Source of the DNA: Stenotrophomonas sp. | Lineage (GTDB): Bacteria; Pseudomonadota; Gammaproteobacteria; Xanthomonadales; Xanthomonadaceae | Direction: 5' to 3' | Assembly: GCA_036566925.1 (NCBI GenBank) | Contig: DATCVI010000061.1 | Coordinates: 19,338 to 83,337 of the forward strand | DNA: 64,000 nt | The notes under the pieces: generated by a model | Told to the model about the DNA's origin: nothing | The model's database searches: none | Seen by the model: the letters and a program-made list of their open reading frames with translations, nothing else | Program-made: the position numbers and the translations under genes | Shown here: one piece after another, positions 1 to 10,480 of the stretch | Position numbering within the stretch: the stretch's first letter is position 1 | Layout of the letters: the number at the start of each line of letters is the position of its first letter

Positions 1-401
1 TGTTTGGCTGGCGGCGCTGGGAAGCATTGCTGTTGTTGCTGGGCGCGGTGTACCTGTTGTCCAGTTGCATGGTGGTGTACACCCTGCGGGCGCGTGTTGC
101 GTTGGGGCTGGATCGACGCGCGTTGTTGTCGCTGGCCGTGGACACCCTCGCGTGTCCACCGTTCGCGCTCAACCTGGTGCGCAAGATCTCGCTGCGGCAC
201 GTTTCGCGCATGGACGGCTTGGCGTTCGCTACGGCGACCCTGGCGCCGGCCGATCTGCGCCGACTGCATCGGCAGCTGCTGCCGCGGCTGCAGGCCCTGT
301 TGCTGCGCGAGCCTGGCGACAGCCCCCGCGCCGAGCAGTTGCGTGCCTGCCAGGCGCAGCTACAGCTGCAGTCTCCGGAACAACAAGATGAAACTGCCTG
401 A
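1..401 (+). CDS. C-terminal fragment of a membrane protein of unknown function (5' end outside the window)
   Basis: The frame is open from the window edge to TGA 399-401 (track ORF 27..401). The first part is hydrophobic and third positions are G/C-rich. It overlaps the next start by 14 nt. Confidence 0.5.
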   Translation, partial: FGWRRWEALLLLLGAVYLLSSCMVVYTLRARVALGLDRRALLSLAVDTLACPPFALNLVRKISLRHVSRMDGLAFATATLAPADLRRLHRQLLPRLQALLLREPGDSPRAEQLRACQAQLQLQSPEQQDETA

Positions 402-726
402 GATCCTGGTGACCGTCGTCGCCTTCGTGGTCGGCTACTGGCTGATCTCGGTATTCCTGCCGCTGTTGGGCAAACGCCGCGGTGGCGCCGGGCCGGACGT
501 CGGCCCACAGCGCGAACCGGCCGTGCCGAGCGAGCCGGCCTGGTACGAGGTGCTGGAGGTCGAGCAGCACGCCAGCGCCGAAGAGATCGCCGCCGCCTAC
601 AAACGCCGTATCAGCCAATACCATCCGGACAAGGTGCAGCACCTGGGACCGGAACTCGTGCGCCTGGCCGAACAGCACGCCAAGCAGATCAACGCAGCCT
701 ACGAAACGGCGATGCGCCAACGCTAG
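388..726 (+). CDS. J-domain (DnaJ-like) protein with an N-terminal transmembrane helix
   Basis: Internal ATG at 388 of track ORF 4..726. The N-terminus MKLPEILVTVVAFVVGYWLISVFLPLL is a TM helix. The C-terminus WYEVLEV...AAYKRRISQYHPDK carries the J-domain HPD motif. Confidence 0.8.
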   Translation: MKLPEILVTVVAFVVGYWLISVFLPLLGKRRGGAGPDVGPQREPAVPSEPAWYEVLEVEQHASAEEIAAAYKRRISQYHPDKVQHLGPELVRLAEQHAKQINAAYETAMRQR

Positions 727-1075
727 CAGCGGTGGCAACGGCGGCAGTGTCAGCACGCCTGGCGTGCAGGGGGTGTGATTCCGGGCGGCGCAAAATCGGA
801 ATTTTCTGACCCTCCAGGCCGTGGTTTTGCGGGGGCTGCGGCGCGGCGATCCATGACAAGGTATGCCTACCGGACGCGGAGCCAACGGCTACTCATCCGC
901 GAGCCCTTGAGTAAGGTCGAGCCGGTACCGAAGCGCTGGAAGTGCTGTTCCCGCCCTCCCCAAATTGCGGGACTCCCCTGGTACTTGGCGCCCCGTCCGG
1001 GCTCGCCGCGACCAGCCTTTCGGATTCATCCCCCGGAATCGCAGTGCGTCGCAAGGTCGACGCCCAGGAGCAGGC

Positions 1076-1291
1076 ATGGACAAGCAGTGCTACGTAGTGG
1101 CGGTGGAGCAGTTCGAAGATGCCTGGCTGGTGTCGCGTCCGCAGTGGAGCCCGCTGCGCTATCTCGCGCAGGACGGCGCGATTCGTAATGCCGAGATGAT
1201 GGCGCGCCTGCATGCCTGGACCACCGGCCAGCCAACCGAAGTCGTGCTGCGTTCGCAAGCCGGCGACCACCTAGTGCGCCGCTTCGGCTGA
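1076..1291 (+). CDS. small hypothetical protein (71 aa)
   Basis: ATG 1076 is preceded by GGAG (1067-1070). Third-position G/C bias is strong. The upstream part of track ORF 965..1291 is Arg/Pro-rich junk. I do not recognise the family with certainty. Confidence 0.55.
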   Translation: MDKQCYVVAVEQFEDAWLVSRPQWSPLRYLAQDGAIRNAEMMARLHAWTTGQPTEVVLRSQAGDHLVRRFG

Positions 1292-1311
1292 GCCTGCGTG
1301 CAACGCGGGCT

Positions 1312-1683
1312 TCAGTGCGCGAGATGGCGAGCGTGCGCCAGGTAGTTCTGCAATACGTGCGCGTGGTTCACCACCGGATCCTCCGCGGCATACAGCAGGG
1401 TGGTGGCGGGGTGCTGGTCGATGATCTCGCGTAGCCGCGCCAGCGCCGCCTGGTGCGCCGGATCGGCAAGCTCGGCGCGATAGCGCTCGGTGAACTCGAC
1501 CATGCGCAAGGGATCGTGGTCCCACCATTGGCGCAGCGCCGGCGACGGCGCCAGTTCCTTGAGCCACTCGTGCAGATGCGCGCGGCTTTTGCTGATCCCG
1601 CGCGGCCACAATCGATCAACCAGTACGCGCGCGCCATCGTGATCGCCGACGGGGTCGTAGATGCGCTTGATCTTCAGGCTCAT
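1312..1683 (-). CDS. DUF488 family protein (YeaO-like)
   Basis: The 123-aa ORF MSLKIKRIYDP...VLVDRLWPRGISK...WLKELAPS..LR.W has the typical DUF488 signature. Confidence 0.85.
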   Translation of the reverse strand: MSLKIKRIYDPVGDHDGARVLVDRLWPRGISKSRAHLHEWLKELAPSPALRQWWDHDPLRMVEFTERYRAELADPAHQAALARLREIIDQHPATTLLYAAEDPVVNHAHVLQNYLAHARHLAH

Positions 1684-1799
1684 GGCGGGCTCCAGCGGTG
1701 GCAGGCACAGCGGGCGAGCGGTGGCGAAAAGGTTGCCATTGCAACCGTGATGGCCGCGTTCTGGCCAATGTGCGTTACCTCTTGACAGCGCTGGGGGCG

Positions 1800-1955
1800 A
1801 TGCCCAATCGTGGTGGCATGAACACCGCGCCGCATTCCGCCTCGCTCATCGTGCCGACTCCCGGTACGCGAGTGCGTGGCTGCGCCGTCACCACCATTAC
1901 CACCACCATTACCACCCGTACCACTCGTCCGGTGCGGCCCGTCGTCTTCGCGTAG
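1800..1955 (+). CDS. thrL: thr operon leader peptide (thrL-like); the start is uncertain (ATG 1800, ATG 1818 or GTG 1872)
   Basis: An in-frame run VTTITTTITTRTT (codons 1887-1925) ends at TAG 1953-1955, just upstream of thrA. It has the same TTITTTIT core as E. coli ThrL. Confidence 0.6.
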   Translation: MPNRGGMNTAPHSASLIVPTPGTRVRGCAVTTITTTITTRTTRPVRPVVFA

Positions 1956-2027
1956 TTTCCGAAAACCACGGCCCCGCACCCGGATCAGGATGCGGGGGGT
2001 AGCTCCCGATCCGATGCGGCCGGGGCC
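1931..2027 (+). promoter_or_regulatory. candidate thr attenuator (alternative GC-rich hairpins)
   Basis: Pairings are mutually exclusive: 1931-1937 with 1974-1980, 1972-1978 with 1991-1997, and 1970-1976 with 2021-2027. No U-tract follows any of them. Confidence 0.4.
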
Positions 2028-2044
2028 TCACCCAGAGGTCTGTC

Positions 2045-4555
2045 ATGTCGTCTGCGCCTGCGTCATTCGTGTCTGCATCACCCAAACCGTTGTCTCCCGC
2101 GCCGCGCGCCGTCGTGCACAAATTCGGCGGCACCTCGGTGGCCGATGCGGCGTGCTACCGGCATGTGGCGCAACTGTTGCTGGCGCGGCCGGAAAGCCGC
2201 CAGGTCACCGTGGTCTCGGCGATGAAGGGCGTGACCGACGCGCTGATCCAGATGGCGGTGGACGCGGGCGGCAACAACGACTGGCGCGAACTGTGGCACG
2301 ACACTCGCGCCCGCCACCGCGGCGCCGCCGTCGCCCTGTTGGGCGAACACGCCGGCCCGCTGCTGGAATGGCTGGATCGGCAATTCGAACAACTGGCCGA
2401 GATCCTCGCCGCGCTGGCGGTGATCGGCGAACTGCCGCGCGAAGTGCTCGACCGCGTGCAGGGCCTGGGCGAGGTGTACTCGGCGCAGCTGCTCGGCGAA
2501 CATCTGCGCGCGCTCGGCCAGCCGTGCGCAGTACTCGACGCGCGCGAGGTGCTGGTGGTCAATCGCGGCGAGCTCGGCGTGGACGTGGACTGGGGCAGCA
2601 GCGCCGAACGCCTGGCGCAATGGCGCCAGTCCAACGCGCAACTGCGGGTGGTCGCGACCGGCTTCATCGCCCGCGACCGTGCCGGCCGTATCACCACGCT
2701 GGGCCGCAACGGCAGCGATTATTCCGGCGCGATCTTCGCCGCGCTGTTCGAGGCCGACGAGTTGCACATCTGGACCGATGTCGACGGCGTGCTCTCGGCC
2801 GACCCGCGGGTTGTGCCCGAAGCAGTACAACTGGAGTCGTTGAGCTATGACGAGGCCTGCGAGCTGGCGTATTTCGGTGCCAAGGTGGTGCACCCGCAGA
2901 CGATGTCGCCGGCAATCGAGCGCGGCTTGCCGATCATCATCCGCAACACCTTCCAGCCCGATCACCCGGGCACGCGCATCAGCGCGCAGAGCACCGCGCG
3001 CGGGCCGATCAAGGGGCTGACGCTGAGCCCCGGGCTGGCGATCCTCAACCTTGAAGGCACCGGCCTGATCGGCGTGCCGGGTACCGCCGAGCGGGTGTTT
3101 GCCTCGCTGCGCAACGCGCGCGTATCGGTGGTGATGATCTCGCAGGGTTCTTCGGAACATTCGATCTGCTGCGTGGTGCGCGAGGAGGAGTCGGCGCGCG
3201 CGCAGGAGGCGCTGCTGCTGTCCTTCACCCACGAACTGGCGGTCGGGCAGGTGCAGCGGGTGCAGCTGACCACCGGGGTGAGCGTGCTGGCGGCGGTCGG
3301 CGACGGCATGGCCGGCCAGCCCGGCGTGGCGGCGCGGTTGTTCGAATCGCTGGGACGTGCGCAGGTGAACATCCTGGCGATCGCGCAGGGCTCGTCCGAG
3401 CGCAACATCTCGGTGGCGGTGGACAGCCTGCATGCCACCCGCGCGCTGCGTGCTGCGCACGCCGGCTTCTGGTTGTCGCCGCAGACCTTCGCCGTGGGCG
3501 TGATTGGCCCGGGCAATGTCGGTGCGGCCCTGCTCGACCAGCTCGGCAGTGCGCAGCCACAACTGCTGGCCAGGGCCAACCTGGACCTGCGCGTGCGCGC
3601 GATCGCTTCGCGCGGCCGCATGTGCCTGGCCGAACGCACGCTCGAAGGCGACTGGCGCCCGGCGTTCAGCGCCGCGCGGGAGGCCACCGACCTGGCACGT
3701 TTCACCGCGCATCTGCTCGACGCCAACCTGCCGCACGCGGTCATCATCGATTGCAGCGGCAGTGCCGAAGTGGCGGACCACTACGTGCAATGGCTGGCCG
3801 CCGGCATCCATGTGGTCACCCCGAACAAGCAGGCCGGTGCCGGGCCGCTGGCGCGCTATCGCGCGATCCGCGAAGCGGCGGCCGGCAGTGGCGCGCGCTT
3901 CCGTTACGAGGCCACAGTGGGCGCCGGCTTGCCGGTGATCACCACCTTGCGCGACCTGGTCGACACCGGCGACCGGGTGACCTCGATCGAGGGCATCTTC
4001 TCCGGCACGCTGGCCTGGTTGTTCAACAAGTTCGACGGCAGCGCGCCGTTCTCCGAGTTGGTGGCCCAGGCCAAGGTGATGGGCTACACCGAGCCGGACC
4101 CGCGCGACGACCTGTCCGGGATCGACGTGGCGCGCAAGCTGGTAATCCTCGCGCGCGAGGCCGGGCGCGAGATCAGCCTGGAGGACGTGCAGGTCGAGAG
4201 CCTGGTGCCCGATGCCCTGCGCGAGGGCGGCATCGACGGTTTCATGGCCGGCCTGCGCGAGGTCGACGCAGCCTTCGCCCAGCGCCTGCAGTCGGCGCGC
4301 GAACGCGGCAATGTGCTGCGCTACGTGGCGCAGCTGCCGCCCGATAGCGCGCCCAGTGTCGGCCTGGTCGAAGTACCGGCCGACCATGCCTTCGCCAACC
4401 TGCACCTCACCGACAACATCGTGCAGTTCACCACCGCGCGCTACTGCGACAACCCGCTGGTGGTGCAGGGCCCGGGCGCTGGCCCGGAAGTGACCGCCGC
4501 CGGCGTGTTCGCCGATCTGTTGCGGGTGGCGGTGGGCGAGGGGACGCGACTGTGA
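2045..4555 (+). CDS. thrA: bifunctional aspartokinase / homoserine dehydrogenase I
   Basis: 836 aa. The N-terminal kinase begins [12 protein letters not shown], followed by ACT regions and a C-terminal homoserine dehydrogenase ([12 protein letters not shown]..., NKQA). It sits first in the thrABC order. Confidence 0.97.
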   Translation: MSSAPASFVSASPKPLSPAPRAVVHKFGGTSVADAACYRHVAQLLLARPESRQVTVVSAMKGVTDALIQMAVDAGGNNDWRELWHDTRARHRGAAVALLGEHAGPLLEWLDRQFEQLAEILAALAVIGELPREVLDRVQGLGEVYSAQLLGEHLRALGQPCAVLDAREVLVVNRGELGVDVDWGSSAERLAQWRQSNAQLRVVATGFIARDRAGRITTLGRNGSDYSGAIFAALFEADELHIWTDVDGVLSADPRVVPEAVQLESLSYDEACELAYFGAKVVHPQTMSPAIERGLPIIIRNTFQPDHPGTRISAQSTARGPIKGLTLSPGLAILNLEGTGLIGVPGTAERVFASLRNARVSVVMISQGSSEHSICCVVREEESARAQEALLLSFTHELAVGQVQRVQLTTGVSVLAAVGDGMAGQPGVAARLFESLGRAQVNILAIAQGSSERNISVAVDSLHATRALRAAHAGFWLSPQTFAVGVIGPGNVGAALLDQLGSAQPQLLARANLDLRVRAIASRGRMCLAERTLEGDWRPAFSAAREATDLARFTAHLLDANLPHAVIIDCSGSAEVADHYVQWLAAGIHVVTPNKQAGAGPLARYRAIREAAAGSGARFRYEATVGAGLPVITTLRDLVDTGDRVTSIEGIFSGTLAWLFNKFDGSAPFSELVAQAKVMGYTEPDPRDDLSGIDVARKLVILAREAGREISLEDVQVESLVPDALREGGIDGFMAGLREVDAAFAQRLQSARERGNVLRYVAQLPPDSAPSVGLVEVPADHAFANLHLTDNIVQFTTARYCDNPLVVQGPGAGPEVTAAGVFADLLRVAVGEGTRL

Positions 4556-5475
4556 GGATGCAGGCGCGTGCGTTTTCGCCGGCCTCGGTCGGCAATGCGG
4601 CGGTAGGGTTCGACATCCTTGGCCACGCCATTGCCGGCGTTGGCGATAGCGTGAGCGTGCGGCGCATCGAGGCACCGTACGTGCGCATCGCGGCCATTCG
4701 CGGTGCCGCCATAGCCTTGCCGACGCAGGCCGAGGACAACACCGCCGGCGTTGCCTTGATCGCCCTGCGCGAAGCACTGGCATTGCCGTTCGGTTTCGAG
4801 ATCGAGATCGACAAGGGCATCGCGCTGGGCTCGGGCATGGGCGGTTCGGCCGCTTCGTGCGTGGCGGCACTGGTGGCGGCCAACGCCTTGCTCGATGCGC
4901 CATTGTCGCGGCAGGCGCTGTATCCATTCGCCCTCGCTGGCGAGGCCGCCGCCAGCGGCGGTCGCCACGGCGACAACCTCGGCCCGATGTTGCTGGGCGG
5001 TCTGGTGCTGGCCACTGCCGACCGGCTGGTGCAGATCCCGGTGCCTGCCGCGTGGCATAGCTTGCTGGTGCATCCCGATGCGGTATTGGAAACGCGTCGC
5101 GCCCGTGCCGCGCTGCAGGGCGACTATCGCTTGGGCGAGTTCGTCGAGCAGAGCGCCAATCTTGCGCTGGTGCTGGCCGGTTGCCACGCCGGCGATGCCG
5201 AGTTGGTCCGCGCCGGCCTGCGCGATGTGCTGGTCGAACCGCGGCGGGCGCCATTGATCGTCGGTTTCGAGGCGGCCAAGCAGGCGGCGCTGGCGGGCAA
5301 TGCGATGGGCGCCAGTATTTCCGGCGCCGGTCCCAGCGTCTTTGCCTGGTACGAAACCCACGCCGCCGCCGCTGCCGCCGCGCCGGCCGTGCAGGAAGCC
5401 TTCGCACGTGCCGGCTTCGACAGCCAGGCCTGGGTGTCGCCGTTGGCGTGCCCTGGCGCGCATTTGATTGATTGA
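4552..5475 (+). CDS. thrB: homoserine kinase
   Basis: GHMP-kinase motifs are present ([23 protein letters not shown]). The GTG 4552 start overlaps the thrA stop; ATG 4558 is an alternative start. Confidence 0.93.
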   Translation: MRMQARAFSPASVGNAAVGFDILGHAIAGVGDSVSVRRIEAPYVRIAAIRGAAIALPTQAEDNTAGVALIALREALALPFGFEIEIDKGIALGSGMGGSAASCVAALVAANALLDAPLSRQALYPFALAGEAAASGGRHGDNLGPMLLGGLVLATADRLVQIPVPAAWHSLLVHPDAVLETRRARAALQGDYRLGEFVEQSANLALVLAGCHAGDAELVRAGLRDVLVEPRRAPLIVGFEAAKQAALAGNAMGASISGAGPSVFAWYETHAAAAAAAPAVQEAFARAGFDSQAWVSPLACPGAHLID

Positions 5476-5496
5476 TCCCCCTTGCCCGGAGTTCCG

Positions 5497-6786
5497 ATGA
5501 ATTTCGTTTCCACCCGCCACGGCGCGCCCGTGGCCTCCTTGAGCCAGGCGCTGGCCGCCGGCCTGGCGCCCGATGGTGGCCTGTACGTACCGCAGGCGGT
5601 CCCGGCGCCGCGTGTACTGGCGGCGCGCAGCGACCTGGCCGCCACCACCGCGCAATTGCTGGCGCCGTTCTTCGCCGGTGATCCGCTGGCCGATGCGCTG
5701 CCGGCCATCTGCGCCGAGGCCTACGCCTTCCCGGCGCCTTTGCGGCCGCTGGCCGGCTCCGGCGATTTCGCGCTGGAGCTGTTCCATGGGCCTACCGCCG
5801 CGTTCAAGGATTTCGGCGCGCGTTTCCTGGCCGCCTGCCTGCAGCGCGTGCCGCGCCAGGACGCGCGCGAGCTGACCATTCTCGTCGCCACCTCTGGCGA
5901 TACCGGCGCCGCCGTGGCGGCGGCGTTCCATCGCCGGCCGGGTGTGCGCGTGGTGGTGCTGTACCCGGATGGCCGCGTATCGCCGCGCCAGGCACACCAG
6001 CTCGGCTGCTTCGGCGACAACATCCACGCCTTGCGCGTGGCCGGGACCTTCGACGACTGCCAGGCGATGGTCAAGCGCGCGCTCAACGACAGCACGCTGC
6101 AAGCGCAAGTGCCGCTGAGCTCGGCCAACAGCATCAGCCTGGGCCGCTGGCTGCCGCAGATGGGCTACTACGCCGACGCCGCGCTGCGCCACCACGCCGC
6201 CAGCGGCCGCGAGCTCAACCTGGTCGTGCCGACCGGCAACCTCGGCAACGCGCTCGCGGCGATCCTCGCTCGCCAGCTCGGCGTGCCGCTCGGGCGCATC
6301 GTGTTGGCGACCAACGCCAACCACGTGCTCCCGGACTTCTTTGCAGGCGGCCCGTACCAGCCGGCGCCGAGCGTGGCGACCCTGGCCAACGCGATGGATG
6401 TCGGTGCGCCGAGTAATTTCGAGCGCCTGCGCTGGCTCTACCGCGACGACGATGCCGCCCTGCGCGAGGCGTTCCAGGCCTATTCGGTGGACGACGCCCA
6501 CATTCGCCAGACCGTGGCGGCGCGCTACCGGCGCCATGGCGAAGTGTTCTGCCCGCACACCGCCACCGCGGTGCACGTGCTCGAGCAATTGCGCGCAGAG
6601 GGCGTGCAGGGCGACTGGGCGGTGGCGGCGACCGCCCACCCGGCCAAGTTCGACAGCGTGGTCGAGCCGTTGATCGGGGCTGCGGTTCCGGTTCCTGAAT
6701 CGCTGGCGGCGCTGCTGAACCGCCCGGCGTCGGCCGAGCCGCTCGCGGCGGAGTATCCTGCCCTGCGAGCCTGGCTGGCCGGCTGA
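5497..6786 (+). CDS. thrC: threonine synthase
   Basis: MNFVSTRH...GLAPDGGLYVP and FHGPTAAFKDFG (the PLP lysine motif). GGAG lies at 5488-5491, before ATG 5497. Confidence 0.95.
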   Translation: MNFVSTRHGAPVASLSQALAAGLAPDGGLYVPQAVPAPRVLAARSDLAATTAQLLAPFFAGDPLADALPAICAEAYAFPAPLRPLAGSGDFALELFHGPTAAFKDFGARFLAACLQRVPRQDARELTILVATSGDTGAAVAAAFHRRPGVRVVVLYPDGRVSPRQAHQLGCFGDNIHALRVAGTFDDCQAMVKRALNDSTLQAQVPLSSANSISLGRWLPQMGYYADAALRHHAASGRELNLVVPTGNLGNALAAILARQLGVPLGRIVLATNANHVLPDFFAGGPYQPAPSVATLANAMDVGAPSNFERLRWLYRDDDAALREAFQAYSVDDAHIRQTVAARYRRHGEVFCPHTATAVHVLEQLRAEGVQGDWAVAATAHPAKFDSVVEPLIGAAVPVPESLAALLNRPASAEPLAAEYPALRAWLAG

Positions 6787-6908
6787 CCGGCGCCATAACC
6801 TACCGCGCCGCGGCGCTTGGCAGGGCCGGGCTCGACCACCATATCGATCGCTTCGGGGAGCTACACGGATCCGGTTCTCCTGCCACTCATCTGACAGGTC
6901 TTTCGTGT

Positions 6909-7694
6909 ATGCGCGCGTCTCTGAAAATCGCCGCCGTGGCTGCCTTGTGCGGCCTTGCCGCCACCGCCCCGGCCAAGCGCTCGCCGCCGGCCCAGGCGCC
7001 GCTGGCTGCGGCTGCTCCGGTACCGCAGCCCACGCTGGCAACCGCCACGCCCGGCATCGGTCTGGTCGATGCCCTGGCACGCCAGGCACCGACGCTGGAC
7101 CGCCAGGTCCTCAGCCTGGCCACCGAAGCATTGCAGTGCGCGCGCCACCGCCAGCAGGTCGGTGCCGATGCCGTGCTCAGCGTGATCGACTATTCGCGCC
7201 CCTCCACCGAGCGCCGTCTATGGGTGTTCGACCTGGCGCGCCAGCGCCTGTTGTTCCAGGAGTGGGTGGCGCACGGCCGCAACAGCGGCGACAACCTGAC
7301 CGCGCATTTTTCCAATGCCGATGGCAGTTACATGTCCAGCCTGGGTGCCTTCACCGCGCAGGAAACCTACACCGGCCACAACGGCTACTCCCTGCGCCTG
7401 CAAGGCCTGGAGCCGGGGTTCAACGACAATGCGCGCGGCCGCGCCATCGTCATTCATGGCGCGCCCTACGTGAGCGAGGCGCTGATCCATGCACAAGGCC
7501 GGCTCGGCCGCAGCCTCGGTTGTCCGGCCGTGCGCCCGGCCATCGCGCGCCAGCTGATCGACACCCTGCGGGGCGGTTCGTTCGTGTTCGCCTATTACCC
7601 GGACACCCAGTGGCTGAAGCGCTCGCGCCTGTTGGCGGCCGATTGCGGCGGCAGCCAGCTCGCGCAGGTCGGCAGCAGCGCCGCCTCGCACTGA
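6909..7694 (+). CDS. L,D-transpeptidase catalytic-domain family protein (secreted)
   Basis: Signal peptide MRASLKIAAVAALCGLAA. The conserved core reads RLWVFDL...WVAHGRNSG...IVIHGAPYV...GRSLGCPAV (catalytic Cys context). Confidence 0.85.
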   Translation: MRASLKIAAVAALCGLAATAPAKRSPPAQAPLAAAAPVPQPTLATATPGIGLVDALARQAPTLDRQVLSLATEALQCARHRQQVGADAVLSVIDYSRPSTERRLWVFDLARQRLLFQEWVAHGRNSGDNLTAHFSNADGSYMSSLGAFTAQETYTGHNGYSLRLQGLEPGFNDNARGRAIVIHGAPYVSEALIHAQGRLGRSLGCPAVRPAIARQLIDTLRGGSFVFAYYPDTQWLKRSRLLAADCGGSQLAQVGSSAASH

Positions 7695-7710
7695 CCGATT
7701 AGCCCAGCCT

Positions 7711-8475
7711 TTAGTCGATATCCCCGGCCAGCCGTTGCAGGCCGGACAAATCCAGGATCTGCACCGTGTGCAGCTGGGGCAGGGCGATCAGCTGTTGCTG
7801 GCGCAACTTGGTGAAGGTACGGCTTACCGTTTCCATGGTCAGGCCGAGGTGGTCGGCGATATCGCCGCGCCCCATCGGCAGCTGCACCACGTCGGCCGGC
7901 TGGCCGGACAGCGCGCCGCGTGCGCCCAGGCGCAGCAGGAAGTGGGCCAGGCGTTCGCTGGGTTGCAGGCGCGCCAACAGCAAACCGGCATCCTGCGCGG
8001 CGGCCAGCTCCATGCTGGTGCGCTGCATCAGCTTGCGTTCCAGCTGCGGGAAGCGCTCGCGCAACTTGCGCATGTCCGTGAGCGAGGTGCGGCAGGCGCG
8101 GCTGCTGCCGATCGCCTCGATATCGTGGCGGTGGCGTGGGGTTTCGGTCAGGCCGACGTAGTCGCCCGGCAGTACGAACCCGGTGATCTGGCGGCGACCG
8201 TCGGCCAGGGTGCGCACCAGTCGCAGCGCGCCTTCGGTCAGGGTATAGACGTATTGGCGCGGATCGCCGGCGCGCACCAGGGTAGCTCCCGCGGCCAGCT
8301 GCAGCGACTGCGTAGCCTGGTCCAGGGCGCCCATTTCTTCTTCCGACAGCGCAGCGCAGATTGCGCGCCCTCGCACACCGCAATGGCTGCATTCCAGCGT
8401 CGCGGCTGCAGCGTCGCCCGCAGTAGGCGCGGCGCAGGGCGGCAGGCTGGCGAGGGCGGGCCGATACATGGGCAC
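7711..8475 (-). CDS. Crp/Fnr family transcriptional regulator, FnrN/FixK-like with a Cys cluster
   Basis: N-terminal C-x2-C-x7-C ([13 protein letters not shown]) plus a central Cys (SSRACRT). It has a cNMP-binding fold and a C-terminal HTH ([19 protein letters not shown]). ATG 8469 is an alternative start. Confidence 0.88.
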   Translation of the reverse strand: MPMYRPALASLPPCAAPTAGDAAAATLECSHCGVRGRAICAALSEEEMGALDQATQSLQLAAGATLVRAGDPRQYVYTLTEGALRLVRTLADGRRQITGFVLPGDYVGLTETPRHRHDIEAIGSSRACRTSLTDMRKLRERFPQLERKLMQRTSMELAAAQDAGLLLARLQPSERLAHFLLRLGARGALSGQPADVVQLPMGRGDIADHLGLTMETVSRTFTKLRQQQLIALPQLHTVQILDLSGLQRLAGDID

Positions 8476-8590
8476 CGGGAGGCGGGCGAGGGGGGCTCAG
8501 ATGATACGCCATGCGGTCGACGCGGCCGGCTGCCGTAGAATTGACCGCCGTTGCACCCCCCAATTCGATTCCCCGCAGGAGTTTCCGCTC

Positions 8591-9988
8591 GTGATCAAGC
8601 CCCGTACGCCGCCCGGCATCATGGAATTGCTGCCGCGCGAGCAGATCGCGTTCCAGCGCATGCTGGACGTCATCCGCCGCAATTACGAGCGCTTCGGGTT
8701 TTTGCCGGTGGAGACGCCGGTGTTCGAGTTGTCCGACGTGCTGCTGACCAAGTCCGGCGGCGAGACCGAGCGCCAGGTGTATTTCGTCCAGTCCACCGGT
8801 GCGCTGGCCAATGCCGCGGCCAGTGGCGAAGAAGGATTGCCCGAACTGGCGCTGCGCTTCGACCTCACGGTGCCGCTGGCGCGCTATGTGGCCGAGCACG
8901 AGCACGAACTGGCGTTCCCGTTCCGGCGTTACCAGATGCAGCGCGTCTACCGTGGCGAGCGCGCCCAGCGTGGCCGCTTCCGCGAGTTCTACCAGTGCGA
9001 CATCGACGTCATCGGCAAGGACGTGTTGAGCATTCGCTACGACGCCGAAGTGCTGGCGGTGATCCATGCCGTGTTCTCGGAACTGGAGATCGGGCAATTC
9101 GCCATCCAGCTCAACAACCGCAAGTTGATGCGCGGCTTCTTTGAAACCCTGGGCGTGGCCGAGGGCGAGCGCCAGCTGGCGGTGCTGCGCGAAGTCGACA
9201 AGCTCGACAAGCGTGGCCCGGACTATGTGCGCGAGACCCTGACCGGCGCGGAATTCGGCATCGCCGCGGCCGAGGTCGAGAAGATCCTGGCCTTCGTTTC
9301 CTACCGGTCCAGCAGCCATGCCGATGCCTGGGCCAAGCTCGACGAACTGGCCGCCCTGGCGCCGGTGGGTGAATCGGCCCTGTTGCAGGGCGTGTTCGAG
9401 CTGCGTGACGTGCTGGCGCTGGTCAAGGCGCTGGGCGTGCCCGAAAGCGCGTACTGCCTGAATTTCTCCATTGCCCGTGGCCTGGATTACTACACCGGCA
9501 CCGTCTACGAAACCTTGCTCAAGGACCACCCGCAGATCGGCTCGATCTGCTCGGGCGGGCGCTACGACAACCTGGCCAGCCACTACACCAAGTCGCGGCT
9601 GCCCGGCGTCGGCATCTCGATCGGCCTGACCCGGCTATTCTGGCAGCTGCGCGAGGCCGGGCTGCTCGCCAGCATCGAGACCAGCAGCGTGCAGGCGATG
9701 GTCGCGCTGATGGACGAGCAGCAGCTCGACGACTCGCTGGACATCGCCCGGCGCCTGCGCGCGGCCGGGATCAATACCGAAGTGCAGATGGAGCCGAAGA
9801 AGATCGGCAAGCAGTTCCAGTACGCCTCCAAGGCCGGTATCCGTTTCGTGGTCCTGGCCGGCGACGACGAGCGCGCGCGCGGCGTGGTGGCGGTCAAGGA
9901 CCTGGTGCGAGAGCAGCAGTTCGACGTGGCCCGCGAGGAGTTGGGCGATACGCTGCGGGTTGAGTTGGAGCAGGCCAAGGTCATGTAG
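8591..9988 (+). CDS. hisS: histidine--tRNA ligase
   Basis: GTG 8591 lies 9 nt after AGGAG (8577-8581). Class II motifs are present ([40 protein letters not shown]). The track's upstream extension is not protein-like. Confidence 0.95.
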   Translation: MIKPRTPPGIMELLPREQIAFQRMLDVIRRNYERFGFLPVETPVFELSDVLLTKSGGETERQVYFVQSTGALANAAASGEEGLPELALRFDLTVPLARYVAEHEHELAFPFRRYQMQRVYRGERAQRGRFREFYQCDIDVIGKDVLSIRYDAEVLAVIHAVFSELEIGQFAIQLNNRKLMRGFFETLGVAEGERQLAVLREVDKLDKRGPDYVRETLTGAEFGIAAAEVEKILAFVSYRSSSHADAWAKLDELAALAPVGESALLQGVFELRDVLALVKALGVPESAYCLNFSIARGLDYYTGTVYETLLKDHPQIGSICSGGRYDNLASHYTKSRLPGVGISIGLTRLFWQLREAGLLASIETSSVQAMVALMDEQQLDDSLDIARRLRAAGINTEVQMEPKKIGKQFQYASKAGIRFVVLAGDDERARGVVAVKDLVREQQFDVAREELGDTLRVELEQAKVM

Positions 9989-10010
9989 TCCGGCGCCGAG
10001 CGCCCACCCC

Positions 10011-10063
10011 ACGGCCCCGTCGCTCCCTGCTCTGGCAGGGCAGCGGCGGGGCCGTTTGTTTTT
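10011..10063 (+). terminator. Rho-independent terminator after hisS
   Basis: A roughly 20-bp GC-rich stem (ACGGCCCCGTCGCTCCCTGC / GCAGGGCAGCGGCGGGGCCGT) with loop TCTG is followed by TTGTTTTT. Confidence 0.85.
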
Positions 10064-10098
10064 CGGTGAACGGGGCAGTACGGGCGCCGGGACCGCGC

Positions 10099-10150
10099 TT
10101 GACCCGAGGCTCAAGATTGCATTAATGTACTAACACGCTATTACATTAAC
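10099..10150 (+). promoter_or_regulatory. candidate his-operon promoter with an overlapping inverted repeat (possible operator)
   Basis: TTGACC (10099-10104), then 18 nt, then TAATGT (10123-10128). The inverted repeat ATTAATGTA (10121-10129) / TACATTAAC (10142-10150) spans the -10 and start region, 4 nt before the yerC-like ATG. Confidence 0.4.
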
Positions 10151-10153
10151 GCG

Positions 10154-10480
10154 ATGAAACAACGAGCCCAAACTACGACTGACCCCGAAGCCAAGGCCTC
10201 CCCGGAAGCCCTGGCCTACGCCTTGTCGCGCCTGGCCGAACCGGCCGAAGTGCTGGCCTTCCTGCGCGACCTGTGCACCCCCGCCGAGCTGGAGGCCATG
10301 GCCGACCGCTGGCGGGTGGTGCCGTTGTTGGTGAAGGGCATTCCCTACCGCGAGATCCATGACCTGACCCAGGTCAGTGTCACCACCATCGGCCGCGTTG
10401 CGCGGACGCTGGAATACGGCTCGGGCGGCTATGCCGCCGCGCTGCGGGCGCAGCGCGCCGATATCACCGAATCCCACTGA
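10154..10480 (+). CDS. YerC/YecD family TrpR-related protein (first gene of the his operon)
   Basis: 108 aa. The motifs [17 protein letters not shown] and GIPYREI...[11 protein letters not shown] are typical of Trp-repressor-like YerC proteins. The stop lies 10 nt before hisG. Confidence 0.85.
   Translation: MKQRAQTTTDPEAKASPEALAYALSRLAEPAEVLAFLRDLCTPAELEAMADRWRVVPLLVKGIPYREIHDLTQVSVTTIGRVARTLEYGSGGYAAALRAQRADITESH

Noticed and set aside
727-1075. A 350-nt gap without a convincing ORF, examined for tRNA, sRNA (6S, SRP, tmRNA, RNase P) or a riboswitch
   Set aside because: I could not recognise any known RNA family consensus by eye. It contains only short local hairpins. The ORFs listed there (775..1188 plus strand, 889..1083 and 893..1270 minus strand) have junk composition. 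I leave it unannotated; an Rfam scan would settle it.
2078-5407. A 1109-aa minus-strand ORF spanning thrA and thrB, and the similar 882-aa ORF at 4441..7089
   Set aside because: Both are antisense to unmistakable thrA/thrB/thrC genes. The translations are Arg/Ala/Pro/Gly-rich low complexity with no recognisable domains. This is the typical stop-codon-poor antisense frame of a high-GC genome.
8476-8590. Possible FNR box (TTGAT-N4-ATCAA) in the fnr/hisS divergent region
   Set aside because: Only TTGACcgccGTTGC is present, which is not palindromic and a poor match.
7595-9583. A 662-aa minus-strand ORF overlapping the fnr-like gene and hisS
   Set aside because: It overlaps genes on both strands that have clear family signatures. 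It has no motifs of its own.
9989-10153. A histidine-rich leader peptide/attenuator upstream of the his operon
   Set aside because: No run of His codons occurs in any frame. The only strong hairpin is the hisS terminator.
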